From a bacterium (GTDB lineage Bacteria; Bdellovibrionota_C; UBA2361; CALJRW01), in NCBI GenBank assembly GCA_031385045.1, contig JANNBC010000006.1:43431-107430 (forward strand): a DNA stretch of 64,000 nt, in the 5' to 3' direction. Under the pieces are notes generated by a model that searched no databases, was not told the origin of the DNA, and saw only the letters and a list, made by a program, of their open reading frames with translations. Shown here in pieces: positions 29,607-39,199 of the stretch (position 1 is the first letter of the stretch; every line of letters starts with the position of its first letter). A program made the position numbers and the translations under genes.

Positions 29607-29814
29607 AGCAAGTTGGGAAAAACTAACAGATATAGAGAATCCAAAAAAGGATTTCCTTTAAGGAAATTCATTTTTGAGGTTCGGGCTTTTCAAATCCTGG
29701 ATTTATCCAGGTTTGAATGCCTAAAAACAACAAATATAGTAAATCCAGCAGGAATTCCGAAAAAGTTTTTCGGAAATTCATTCTTGGGTTTACTATATTT
29801 TTCCCCAACTTGCT
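29607..29814. mobile_element. Structured intergenic repeat, copy 2, most complete; MITE/REP-like with terminal inverted repeats
   Basis: AGCAAGTTGGGAAAAA (29607-22) / TTTTTCCCCAACTTGCT (29798-814) enclose three hairpins. Mobility is inferred; no transposase in window. Confidence 0.65.
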
Positions 29815-29896
29815 GAATTTGAATGCTTATTATGACCTCAACATGAGTTAGAGGTTTTAAGCTAGTCTCTGATTGTTTAAACTTTACAAAGAAATT

Positions 29897-30304
29897 ATGG
29901 AAAAAACACTTTCAATCATTAAACCTGATGCCGTTCAAAAAAATGTTATTGGTAAAATCCTAAGCCGATTTGAAGACAGTGGCTTAAAGGTAGTTGCCAT
30001 GGAATTGATGCAACTTAGCGAAGAGCAAGCACAAGAGTTCTATTCTGTTCATAAAGAGCGACCATTCTTTGCTGAACTTTGTGACTATATGGTTACAGGT
30101 CCAGTTGTAGTTTCTGTTTTGGAAGGCAAAGATGCTGTTTCTAAGAACCGTGACTTAATGGGTTCTACAAATCCGAAAGAAGCAGCTGCTGGGACAATCA
30201 GAGCTGATTTTGCTGATAGCATTAGTGCTAATGCCGTTCATGGATCTGATAGCCTTGAAAATGCTAAGAAGGAAATTAGCTTTTTCTTCCCAGAACTAAT
30301 TTAG
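29897..30304 (+). CDS. ndk: Nucleoside diphosphate kinase; start moved to ATG at 29897
   Basis: [35 protein letters not shown]. Confidence 0.97.
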   Translation: MEKTLSIIKPDAVQKNVIGKILSRFEDSGLKVVAMELMQLSEEQAQEFYSVHKERPFFAELCDYMVTGPVVVSVLEGKDAVSKNRDLMGSTNPKEAAAGTIRADFADSISANAVHGSDSLENAKKEISFFFPELI

Positions 30305-30320
30305 TTTTGTTCTGAGTCAG

Positions 30321-31448
30321 ATGTCTGAGCTAGTTAACTTCTTCGACTTTAGTCGCAAAGATCTCGCTGACTATTTGTCGGAGAAGTTTTCTCTGCCTGC
30401 CTTTCGAGCTAATCAGCTTTTTGATTGGGTGTACAAAAAAAATGTCTGGGATATTTCTCAGATGAGTAATCTTTCCCAAGAACTACGTGATCAACTCTCT
30501 GGTCAATTCACCTTTCTAGCAGCTGAAATTAAGGACAGGCAAATTAGTAACGATGGAACTCGTAAGTATCTATTCAAAGTTCCAAGCGGTCGAACGATCG
30601 AGACTGTCTTAATCAAGCAACCAAAGCGTCAAACAATTTGTGTTTCCTCCCAGTATGGCTGTGGCATGGGTTGTAAGTTTTGCCGAACAGGTACGATGGG
30701 CTTTATTGCAAACTTAAAACCTTCAGATATTGTTGCTCAGGTTTTAGGTATTCTAAAAGATGCCAAAGAATTTGGTGATGGTTTCCAGAATATAGTTTTT
30801 ATGGGGATGGGTGAACCTCTTCATAACTATAAGACAATCATAACTACCGTTAGAATCTTAACGGATCCGCTAGGTCTGGCAATCTCACCAAGGCGGATCA
30901 CTGTTTCCACGGTTGGTTTAGTGCCTGCAATTGAAAAGTTTGCGGAAGCTGACTTGGGTGTTAACTTAGCAATTTCACTTAATGCAACTGATGACTTAAC
31001 CAGAACGGAGATTATGCCAACAAATAAGGCATTTCCCATTGATTTACTTCTAAGTACTTTGAGAAAATATCCTTTAACAGGACGTAAGAAATTAACTATT
31101 GAATATGTAATGTTAGCAGGTGTAAACGATCGAGATGAAGATCTGAAACGCTTACCAAAGTTACTAAAAGATATTAAGTGTAAGGTGAATTTGATTCCTT
31201 ATAATGAGAATGCTGGATTAGGTTTTAAGTCTCCAACTGAAGAAAAAGTATACAGGTGGTATAAAGCTCTAAATGATCAGTTAATTTTTACAAGCGTGCG
31301 TTGGTCAAAAGGAAGAGACATTAATGCCGCTTGTGGCCAGTTGGTCACAGAAAAAATTACAGAGAAAAAAGGTTCTAAGGAAGCAGTGGATCAAAATGAT
31401 TTACAACAAGCCGAGAAAAGTAGTTCTAAACTTGCTGTAATTCAATAA
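30321..31448 (+). CDS. rlmN: 23S rRNA m2A2503 radical-SAM methyltransferase
   Basis: DGTRKY, CGMGCKFC, MGMGEP, VNLIPYN, AACGQL. Confidence 0.95.
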   Translation: MSELVNFFDFSRKDLADYLSEKFSLPAFRANQLFDWVYKKNVWDISQMSNLSQELRDQLSGQFTFLAAEIKDRQISNDGTRKYLFKVPSGRTIETVLIKQPKRQTICVSSQYGCGMGCKFCRTGTMGFIANLKPSDIVAQVLGILKDAKEFGDGFQNIVFMGMGEPLHNYKTIITTVRILTDPLGLAISPRRITVSTVGLVPAIEKFAEADLGVNLAISLNATDDLTRTEIMPTNKAFPIDLLLSTLRKYPLTGRKKLTIEYVMLAGVNDRDEDLKRLPKLLKDIKCKVNLIPYNENAGLGFKSPTEEKVYRWYKALNDQLIFTSVRWSKGRDINAACGQLVTEKITEKKGSKEAVDQNDLQQAEKSSSKLAVIQ

Positions 31449-31742
31449 CTACTCGTTAGTTTCTTCAGCAGTAGCTGGTTCAACTTTTTCAACAGTTATT
31501 TTAGATTTCAAACCACAAGTAACTCGTACTGCATGTAAGCCCTTGGGACCTTGTTCCATTTCATAACAAACATCATCACCATCTTTAAGGGTTTTAAAGC
31601 CTTCACTTTCAATTACAGAGTAATGAACGAAGACGTCAGAACCATCAGTATGCTCAATAAAACCAAAACCTTTGGAGTTATTAAACCACTTTACCTTACC
31701 AGCGTAAGTTTCTGATGACGAATCAGATGAAGAACTAGACAT
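31449..31742 (-). CDS. Cold-shock domain protein with Ser-rich N-terminus and acidic tail
   Basis: GKVKWFN..KGFGFI (RNP1), DVFVHYS (RNP2). Confidence 0.93.
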   Translation of the reverse strand: MSSSSSDSSSETYAGKVKWFNNSKGFGFIEHTDGSDVFVHYSVIESEGFKTLKDGDDVCYEMEQGPKGLHAVRVTCGLKSKITVEKVEPATAEETNE

Positions 31743-31923
31743 AACTTAATTAATAAAATAAACAACATAAGCAATTTAGCTAAATTATAGTTCTTTGTCT
31801 ACAACAAATTAACAGTAGATAGATATTGAGGATAGCTGACGGTTCTGACTTATCCGCTATCAAGATAATCATGCTACTTAATGTCTTGCCCGAAATTATG
31901 CCAGAATTTATGCTAATTAAATA

Positions 31924-33393
31924 ATGTACACCGACCTTTCCTTAAAAATCCTGGATCATCTACCTTACTCACTTTTGGTAATTGACCGTAAATTTACTCC
32001 TCTTTACTGCAACCTTGCTTTCCTAGAGCTAATTGAACAGTCTGAAGTTGTTAATGCCTTTAAGCTAACTAGTGTTTTTCAAGACTTAAATCTTTTAATT
32101 AGTGAACAAGGACCACGCTTTTCTAAGATTAATACTGTCAATAATAAATCAATTAATGTCTTCATCTCAATTTCACCATTAGAACAAGACATCTTTTTGA
32201 TTGAGCTCTGTAGGCTTTCTTCTACTGCTCATGACTATCAAGGCAAAAGATTAGAAACACTAGGACTCCTTGCAAGTTCGATTGTTCATGATTTTAATAA
32301 TTTCCTAGCTGGGATTATTGGACATGTTTCCTTTTTAAAAAACATCCTACCTAAAGATGGTCGTCATGCGGCTTCGCTTGAAGCTATAGAACAGGGGAGT
32401 ATTAATGCCTCAGAGATTACTAAGGAGATTTTAAGATTTTCTAAGCAAAAAGATTCTGCGGAAAGTCAAAATATCGAATTAAATAATTTAATTCAAAGAA
32501 CTATTAAGATCTTATTAGCGTCCATTAATCCTAAAATTAAAGTCATATTTGAATCAACGGTGCCAGATGTGCGCGTCAAGTGCGTTGATGTTCGGATTAC
32601 TCAGATTTTGGTTAACTTAATTATTAATGCTCAAGATGCCATCTTAGAGTCTAATTGTATTGACCAAAAAATATTGGTTAACTTAGACATTATTGATAAT
32701 CCAGAAATCAACCTCAAGTTAATTAACAACAATATCGCCAAAGGTCGTTTCGCCAGGCTTTCTGTCAAAGATTTTGCCGCTGGCATCCCAGTAGAACTTC
32801 AAGAAAAAATCTTTCAACCTTATTTTTCTACTAAAGGGGACAAGGGAACAGGTCTTGGCTTAACAACAGTTGCTTCGATTGTCTTTGAGCTAAAAGGATT
32901 AATTGATATTTACTCCGGGAGTGGCCAAGGAACTGAGATTCGAATTTTATTACCACTATCGGACTCCTCAGTTGAAAAAGCTAGCGAAAAGCATTCCCCT
33001 CAAGCCCTAGCCGCTAATAGTCTTAAAAATCAAAAAATTTTGGTTGTTGATGATGAAGATGTTGTTAGAAACGTACTGGGTCTAAACTTAGAGCAACTTG
33101 GATATTCCGTTCAACTGGAAGCCTCGGCGCTAAAAGCAATCGACTATTATAAAGATCATAGAAATGATATAAGTCTAGTGATATTAGATATGTTAATGCC
33201 AGAACTTTCTGGTGAGGAAGTTTTCGAAATTATTCGTGAAATTAATCCAAAACAAAAGATCTTAATTATCAGTGGTTTTTGTTCTGACGATCTAATTCAA
33301 ATGATGTTAGAATCAAAAAATTGTGATTTTTTAGCTAAGCCATTTATGATTGAGGAGCTTAGCTTAAAAATTAATAGTTTAATGCTCAGCTAA
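31924..33393 (+). CDS. Cytoplasmic hybrid sensor kinase (PAS-like, HisKA, HATPase, REC), CckA-like architecture
   Basis: HDFNN, NLIINAQDA, FSTK..GTGLGL, VVDDE, LDMLMP, KPF. Confidence 0.9.
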   Translation: MYTDLSLKILDHLPYSLLVIDRKFTPLYCNLAFLELIEQSEVVNAFKLTSVFQDLNLLISEQGPRFSKINTVNNKSINVFISISPLEQDIFLIELCRLSSTAHDYQGKRLETLGLLASSIVHDFNNFLAGIIGHVSFLKNILPKDGRHAASLEAIEQGSINASEITKEILRFSKQKDSAESQNIELNNLIQRTIKILLASINPKIKVIFESTVPDVRVKCVDVRITQILVNLIINAQDAILESNCIDQKILVNLDIIDNPEINLKLINNNIAKGRFARLSVKDFAAGIPVELQEKIFQPYFSTKGDKGTGLGLTTVASIVFELKGLIDIYSGSGQGTEIRILLPLSDSSVEKASEKHSPQALAANSLKNQKILVVDDEDVVRNVLGLNLEQLGYSVQLEASALKAIDYYKDHRNDISLVILDMLMPELSGEEVFEIIREINPKQKILIISGFCSDDLIQMMLESKNCDFLAKPFMIEELSLKINSLMLS

Positions 33394-33424
33394 CTAAGAG
33401 CATTCTCTTTTACCTTAGTTCAAA

Positions 33425-34174
33425 ATGAAAAATTCAATTCTAAAAGTTGAAAATTTATCGAAGTTTTTTGGAACGAATCACGTTTTAAAGAATCTGAGCT
33501 TTGAAGTTGAAGAAGGACAAGTTATTGGACTACTTGGACCCAGTGGTGGTGGTAAGAGCGTGTTACTTAAAATCATTGCTCAAGTTCTTGCACCCGACCA
33601 TGGTCAAATAATTCTTAATGATATTTCTAGTGATGATATTGGCTTAATGTTTCAAGAAGGAGCACTTTTTGATTCATTAACAGTTTTTGATAATGTTGCA
33701 TTCCCCTTGGTTGATGGTTGTGTTCCTTCAACTTCTTTGACCCTAAAAGTCCAAGAAGAGATTGCGCCAAAAGTAATGAGCATTTTAAAAAGAGTTGGTC
33801 TAGGAGTTGCCTTTAAGAAATTCCCAGCTCAATTATCAGGTGGAATGAAGCGTCGTGCTTCATTAGCACGAACTTTAATTGCCAATCCCAAGTTATTATT
33901 GCTAGATGATCCAACCTCGGGACTTGATCCAATCGCGAGTCGAGTCATTATGGAATTAATTAGAGAAATACAGCAGGAGACTAAGGCAACTACAATTATT
34001 GTGAGCCAAGATTTACGTCGCTTAATACCTTATGTCGATCAAGTTATTGCGCTCTTTGATGGTCAACTAGCTTATTATGGAAAGGTTAGTAAAGATTCCT
34101 TAGCCCAAGAGCCAATTGTGGCTGATTTTATTAATTGTCGTTATGACTTGTTTGAACAACCAGTGAACCATTGA
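33425..34174 (+). CDS. MlaF/Mkl-like ABC ATPase with degenerate catalytic residues
   Basis: GPSGGGKS, FQEGALFDSLTVFDNVAFPL, LSGGMKRR; Walker B LLLDDP, H-loop VSQD. Confidence 0.85.
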   Translation: MKNSILKVENLSKFFGTNHVLKNLSFEVEEGQVIGLLGPSGGGKSVLLKIIAQVLAPDHGQIILNDISSDDIGLMFQEGALFDSLTVFDNVAFPLVDGCVPSTSLTLKVQEEIAPKVMSILKRVGLGVAFKKFPAQLSGGMKRRASLARTLIANPKLLLLDDPTSGLDPIASRVIMELIREIQQETKATTIIVSQDLRRLIPYVDQVIALFDGQLAYYGKVSKDSLAQEPIVADFINCRYDLFEQPVNH

Positions 34175-34176
34175 TT

Positions 34177-34326
34177 AAACCCACCTTCATTCATTTTTGA
34201 CAAAAAATGAATGAAGGTGGGCGAGCAAAATAATGGCTTTGCCATTTTTTGCCGTAGAAAATAACACCAAACCCTCTTTATGATGTTTATTATTTTCAAA
34301 AATGATGAGCGGAGGGTTTATTTGCT
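34177..34326. repeat. Three-hairpin intergenic element (architectural match to the repeat family)
   Basis: Perfect 19-bp stem 34180-34221, second stem 34225-34252, linker AAAATAACA, third stem AAACCCTC..GAGGGTTT. Confidence 0.75.
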
Positions 34327-34353
34327 AGTCCAAAAATAGGAAGGAAAATATAG

Positions 34354-35139
34354 ATGAATTTTTTTGAAAAGATAAAGAAGGATAAGGAGGAATTCCTTGC
34401 TGGAATTGGTCTACCTGAACAAGGTGTTTTTAAGCCTGATAAATTTCAGTTAGATGCTATTGAAAGTGCTGTCTCTGGTGTTGATACTTTGGTTGTAGCA
34501 CCAACAGGTTCTGGAAAAACTTACATAGCACTGCAGGCAATCGCGGCAACCTTAGCACTTGGCTGTCGAGCAATTTACACTACTCCGCTAAAAGCCTTAT
34601 CTAATAGTAAGTACAATGATTTAAAAAATCGCTTTGAGCCTCAATATAAAGTTGGTATTTTAACTGGCGATCGAAAAATTGATACTGATGCCAGTGCCGT
34701 AATTGCCACGACTGAAATTTATCGTAATGAGCTTTATAATGGGAATACAAATTATTCTTTAGTTGTACTTGATGAAGTACATTATATTGCCGATGCTCAA
34801 AGGGGTGCAGTTTGGGAGGAAGCAATTTTACTTACACCTCGAGATACTACTTTATTAATGCTTTCTGCTTCAATTTCTAATCATCAGGAAATTGCCGCTT
34901 GGTTAAAAAGTGTTCGTGGTAGAGAATGCCGTGTTGTTATTGCAACGGAAAGACCCGTAGCACTGCGCTTAGGTTTTCTTCATCCTGAATATGGAATTTT
35001 ACCACTTCGTGATTCTCATCAAAATGTTAATAAGTTAGTGGCAGACTATTATGGCAGTTCAAAGTTAGATTCCAAAGGGATGAGACTTAAACCAAAGCAA
35101 GGATTTCGTGGCCCTCGTCGTCAAAAATCACGTCGATAA
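34354..35139 (+). CDS. Ski2/HelY-like DExH helicase, N-terminal RecA1 half
   Basis: APTGSGKT, TPLKALSN, TGD, TTEI, DEVH, LSAS. Confidence 0.88.
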   Translation: MNFFEKIKKDKEEFLAGIGLPEQGVFKPDKFQLDAIESAVSGVDTLVVAPTGSGKTYIALQAIAATLALGCRAIYTTPLKALSNSKYNDLKNRFEPQYKVGILTGDRKIDTDASAVIATTEIYRNELYNGNTNYSLVVLDEVHYIADAQRGAVWEEAILLTPRDTTLLMLSASISNHQEIAAWLKSVRGRECRVVIATERPVALRLGFLHPEYGILPLRDSHQNVNKLVADYYGSSKLDSKGMRLKPKQGFRGPRRQKSRR

Positions 35140-35157
35140 TTTAAACCAATATTCTCT

Positions 35158-36567
35158 ATGTATACAGATTACCCAGTAAGTAAAATACTTCGACAGTTAG
35201 ATCGTGATAATTTACTACCAGCTATTATTTTTCGTTCAGCTCGCAAGCAGTGTGATCAAGACTTAACTCAACTAACAAAAAAGAGTTATTTACAAATTAA
35301 ACCTGAGCATCAAAAAGATATTGAAAATCGTATTGCTGAATTAGTACTGCAATATTCTTGGGATTTTGAGATCCTTAAAAATCACGAGCAATACAAAACT
35401 CTAATTCATTTTGCTGCTGGTGCTCACCATGCCGGCCAATTATTAACTTGGAGACTTATGCTGGAAGAGCTAATGACTTCTGGTTTATTAAGAATGCTAA
35501 TTGCTACTGGGACTGTCGCTGCCGGAGTAGATTTTCCAGCTCGTACTGTTGTAGTTACTGCTCATAGTAAGCGTGGTCATTTAGGATTTAACACCCTTGC
35601 TTCTTCTGAGTTTCAGCAAATGTCTGGTCGTGCTGGTCGCCGAGGCAAAGATTCCGTGGGTTTTTGCCTTGTCGCTCCCAATCCCTATGCCGATGCCCGA
35701 GTAATTTCAGAAATTGATAAATCTCCTCCCGAACCCTTGCGATCGGCCTACTTTGCTTCGCCATCAAGCATTTTGAATCTACTTAAATATCGTTCAATTG
35801 AGGACTTAAAATTTATTGTAAAAAATTCTCTGGGCGGTTTCGTTGATCAAACAGAAGCATTAAAGATAATTGAAGAAGCAGATAAGGAAGAGTTAAAACT
35901 TGCCGGAATTCCGGAGAATGATGCTAATTTTAAGCGAATCGTCAAGAAGGTCCGTCGCCTAAAAAGAAATGCCGAAGAGCTTGTTAATAAGCAAATGACC
36001 GAGCTAGAAATAACCTTGCAAGCTCTTAAAAACTTAGGTCATGTTAATGCTACTGGCGGCTTAACGGAAAAGGGGACTTGGACTGCCGAGCTATGTACTA
36101 GTATTGTTTTAGAACTTTCTGAGTTTATTGAAGACTTTTTGTTAAATGACTGTTCCACCTTAGAGTTAGTTGGGATTGTTGCTTCGATCTCTGGAGATGC
36201 ACATCGGTCATATTTGAGAATCAAGAACACCGTTGTCAAAAAAGATAAGCTAGAAGCATTAGCTAGTAAGGTTCAGCTGGTCAAGGACATGTACCAAGTG
36301 AAAAATTTTGAAAGAGGAATTGAAGTTTTACCAGATGCGGCATCAACGGTTGAAACTTGGGTTCAAGCAAGTAGCTGGGGTGAATTTTCTGCTCTGTTAA
36401 AACTTTCAGGAGTAACGGAAGGTGACGCTGCTAGACTAATCACCCAAACAGCGGATCACCTGCAACAGATTTCCAGACTTGGCACAACGCACTTTGAGCT
36501 TGCCCAGCAAGCAAAAGAAGCCCGAGACTTACTTCTAAGACCCCCCTTGTCCGAAGTAATTATCTAA
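35158..36567 (+). CDS. Ski2/HelY-like helicase, C-terminal half (RecA2 and helical domain)
   Basis: LLPAIIF, HHAG, ATGTVAAGVDFPARTVV, QMSGRAGRRG, EGD..R near the end. Confidence 0.88.
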   Translation: MYTDYPVSKILRQLDRDNLLPAIIFRSARKQCDQDLTQLTKKSYLQIKPEHQKDIENRIAELVLQYSWDFEILKNHEQYKTLIHFAAGAHHAGQLLTWRLMLEELMTSGLLRMLIATGTVAAGVDFPARTVVVTAHSKRGHLGFNTLASSEFQQMSGRAGRRGKDSVGFCLVAPNPYADARVISEIDKSPPEPLRSAYFASPSSILNLLKYRSIEDLKFIVKNSLGGFVDQTEALKIIEEADKEELKLAGIPENDANFKRIVKKVRRLKRNAEELVNKQMTELEITLQALKNLGHVNATGGLTEKGTWTAELCTSIVLELSEFIEDFLLNDCSTLELVGIVASISGDAHRSYLRIKNTVVKKDKLEALASKVQLVKDMYQVKNFERGIEVLPDAASTVETWVQASSWGEFSALLKLSGVTEGDAARLITQTADHLQQISRLGTTHFELAQQAKEARDLLLRPPLSEVII

Positions 36568-36601
36568 CTTATATTTTTTTGGTCTTTGAGAAATTAAATA
36601 A

Positions 36602-37351
36602 ATGAAAGTATTAGTCCCAGTTAAAAGCGTCCTTGATTATGCTACCAAAATAAAAGTTAAAGCTGATGGAAGCGGTGTAGAAAAAGATGGCATCAAGCAA
36701 ATTGTCAATCCTTTTGATGAAATTGCCGTAGAAGAAGCTGTGAGATTAAAAGACGCCGGTAAGATTTCTGAGATCACAGTAATTGGGGTCGGCACTGAAG
36801 AGACAGCAACACAATTGCGTTATGCCATGGCTATGGGCGCAGACCAAGCAATTCTTATTAAATCAACGCAAGGTATTGATTCAGATTTAGCAGCTCGGGC
36901 CTTGGCTGAGATTTTTAGAAGAGGCGAGTATCAACTAATAATCATGGGCAAGCAAGCAATTGATTCTGATTCTGGACAAACACCTCAATTACTAGCTGGA
37001 TATTTAGATCTGCCACATGCTTCTTTTGCATCTAAGATTGAATTAAGTTCTGATAGTGTAAAAGTTACCCGAGAAGTTGATGGAGGTCTTGAGATTGTAG
37101 AAGCAAAACTACCAGCAATCATTTCCACAGATTTGCGCCTGAATGAACCTCGTTATGCCTCACTTCCCGGAATTATGAAAGCAAAGAAAAAACCATTAGA
37201 AGAAATCGAGCTTTCAGCAGTTGTTTCCGATCTGGCGGAGAAGGTAAAGTTTGTTAAGTATTTTGCACCACCAGCTAGAAAAGCAGGTCGTAAAGTTACC
37301 TCTGTTGATGAGCTTATCGGAGTACTAAGAAACGAAGCTAAAGTTATTTAA
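36602..37351 (+). CDS. etfB: Electron transfer flavoprotein beta subunit
   Basis: NPFDEIAVEEA, GKQAIDSD, REVDGG, LNEPRY. Confidence 0.96.
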   Translation: MKVLVPVKSVLDYATKIKVKADGSGVEKDGIKQIVNPFDEIAVEEAVRLKDAGKISEITVIGVGTEETATQLRYAMAMGADQAILIKSTQGIDSDLAARALAEIFRRGEYQLIIMGKQAIDSDSGQTPQLLAGYLDLPHASFASKIELSSDSVKVTREVDGGLEIVEAKLPAIISTDLRLNEPRYASLPGIMKAKKKPLEEIELSAVVSDLAEKVKFVKYFAPPARKAGRKVTSVDELIGVLRNEAKVI

Positions 37352-37362
37352 GAATCATTAAA

Positions 37363-38322
37363 ATGAGCAAAATATTACTATTTATTCAACACGAACAAGG
37401 GAAGCTTAGCCAAGCAAGCCTTTCCGCACTGTCAGCAGCATTGGAAATCAAAAATAAACATGGTGCGGGGGAGATTTTAGCTATTTGTTTAGGCGCAGGT
37501 TCTAAAAATATCGCGGATCTTTTTTCAAAATATGATGTTAATAAAGTCCTCTATTCAGAAAACTTAATTTTTGAAAAATATGTTGCAAGCAGTTTTGCTA
37601 AAGCTTGTCTGCAAGTCATGAAAAATGAAAGCTGTAATTACTTAGTCGCTGCGGCAACAAGTACTGGAAAAGATTTCCTTCCTTATGTGGCATCAAAACT
37701 CTCTGCTGGCCAAGCATCTGATATTATTGCAGTGAATTCTGATCTGACATTTAGACGCCCAGTCTATGCGGGAAATGCCTTAGCAGATGTGCAAGTAACA
37801 ACAGAGAGAAAGGTAATTACCGTGCGCGGTGCTAGCTTTGATCCAGCCTTAGAAAATGGAGTGAATGCTACCGTAATAGAGTTGTTAGTTGATTTTACCC
37901 CTAGTGATTCACTTACAGTTTTAGAGTATCAAATCCCTGAAAAAGAGCGCCCTGAACTGACAGAAGCAAAGATTATTGTCAGCGGTGGACGGGGAGTTGG
38001 TACTTCGGCAAATTTTGAGAAGGTTATTTTTCCACTGGCAGATGTTCTTAATGCTGCCGTTGGTGCTTCTCGTGCTGTAGTTGATGCCGGAGAGGTTCCT
38101 AATGATTGGCAGGTAGGTCAAACTGGTAAAATCGTAGCTCCTAATTTATACATTGCTGTTGGGCTTTCTGGGGCGATTCAACACTTAGCTGGTATGAAAG
38201 ATTCTAAAGTTATCGTGGCGATCAATAAGGATCCCGAAGCACCAATTTTTGAAGTAGCCGATTATGGATTAGTGGGGGATCTTTTTCAGATCTTACCGGA
38301 ATTAACTGAAAAATTAAAATAA
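37363..38322 (+). CDS. etfA: Electron transfer flavoprotein alpha subunit
   Basis: [36 protein letters not shown]. Confidence 0.96.
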   Translation: MSKILLFIQHEQGKLSQASLSALSAALEIKNKHGAGEILAICLGAGSKNIADLFSKYDVNKVLYSENLIFEKYVASSFAKACLQVMKNESCNYLVAAATSTGKDFLPYVASKLSAGQASDIIAVNSDLTFRRPVYAGNALADVQVTTERKVITVRGASFDPALENGVNATVIELLVDFTPSDSLTVLEYQIPEKERPELTEAKIIVSGGRGVGTSANFEKVIFPLADVLNAAVGASRAVVDAGEVPNDWQVGQTGKIVAPNLYIAVGLSGAIQHLAGMKDSKVIVAINKDPEAPIFEVADYGLVGDLFQILPELTEKLK

Positions 38323-38327
38323 AAACA

Positions 38328-38816
38328 TTGAGCAATCGAAAGAAAAAAAGAATAAATCAAAAACAAATTCTGTTCCTATTTGTTTTCATCTGCTTTTTAG
38401 TTGCAGGAAGTTTTTACTATTTAGATTTGAAGCGTATCTCCCATCTAAAATCTGCTGAATTCCTTAATCCACAAGGAGTAGCGTACACCAAGCTCTTTTT
38501 GGAAATCGCCGACACTCCTGACAAACGTAGAACTGGTTTAATGTACCGCCAGGAACTTCCGCTAGATCAAGGGATGCTTTTTAAGTTTGACGAGACGGAG
38601 ATCCATTCGATTTGGATGAAGAACACCTATGTAAGTTTAGATTTACTCTTTCTAAATTCTAATCTAAAAATTCTTGGAATTATTGAAAAGGTTCCTGTTT
38701 TAAATGAAGTTTCAAGAAAAATCGATCAACCTTCCAAGTATGTGATCGAACTTAATGCTGGGACTTCAGAAAAACGTGGAATTAAAGTTGGTGATACACT
38801 TAAACTTCAACCTTAG
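38328..38816 (+). CDS. DUF192 family exported protein
   Basis: EIADT..GLMYR..GMLF, WMKNT..LD, VIELNAG. Confidence 0.88.
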   Translation: MSNRKKKRINQKQILFLFVFICFLVAGSFYYLDLKRISHLKSAEFLNPQGVAYTKLFLEIADTPDKRRTGLMYRQELPLDQGMLFKFDETEIHSIWMKNTYVSLDLLFLNSNLKILGIIEKVPVLNEVSRKIDQPSKYVIELNAGTSEKRGIKVGDTLKLQP

Positions 38817-38972
38817 CATTAGCTAGCTTTTATTGTTTTTACCTTTTCAAAGTTGATATTTATCAAAGATTTCAGTTGCTCGATTCGCTAGACCCCCTTT
38901 ACATAAATTTTTAATAGTGTAAATTATTCCGCAACTTCAAATGCGAATATTTCGCCCTAAAAGTTAACTTGC

Positions 38973-39047
38973 TGGCCTGTCGCCAAGTGGTAAGGCAACT
39001 GGTTTTGGTCCAGTCATCCGGGGGTTCGAATCCTCCCAGGCCAGCCA
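38973..39047 (+). tRNA. tRNA-Gln (anticodon TTG)
   Basis: Acceptor TGGCCTG/CAGGCCA, anticodon arm ACTGG-TTTTGGT-CCAGT, GGTTCGAATCC T-arm, encoded CCA; usual position before prs. Confidence 0.97.
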
Positions 39048-39199
39048 AATTAAGAATTGTTTAATTTCATCTATTTTTGTACTTGGCACTAATTTCTGAT
39101 TAGCCTAGCTACTAAAATGAATTATTAAATCAGCTCTTAACATCCTAAGGTTAGTTTTAATTAGCTGGGGTATCATTACCTCAGTAAAAAGTTGATTTT

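Noticed and set aside
29613..29816. 67-aa ORF in the track
   Set aside because: It coincides with the palindromic repeat element, has a TTG start and no recognisable motif.
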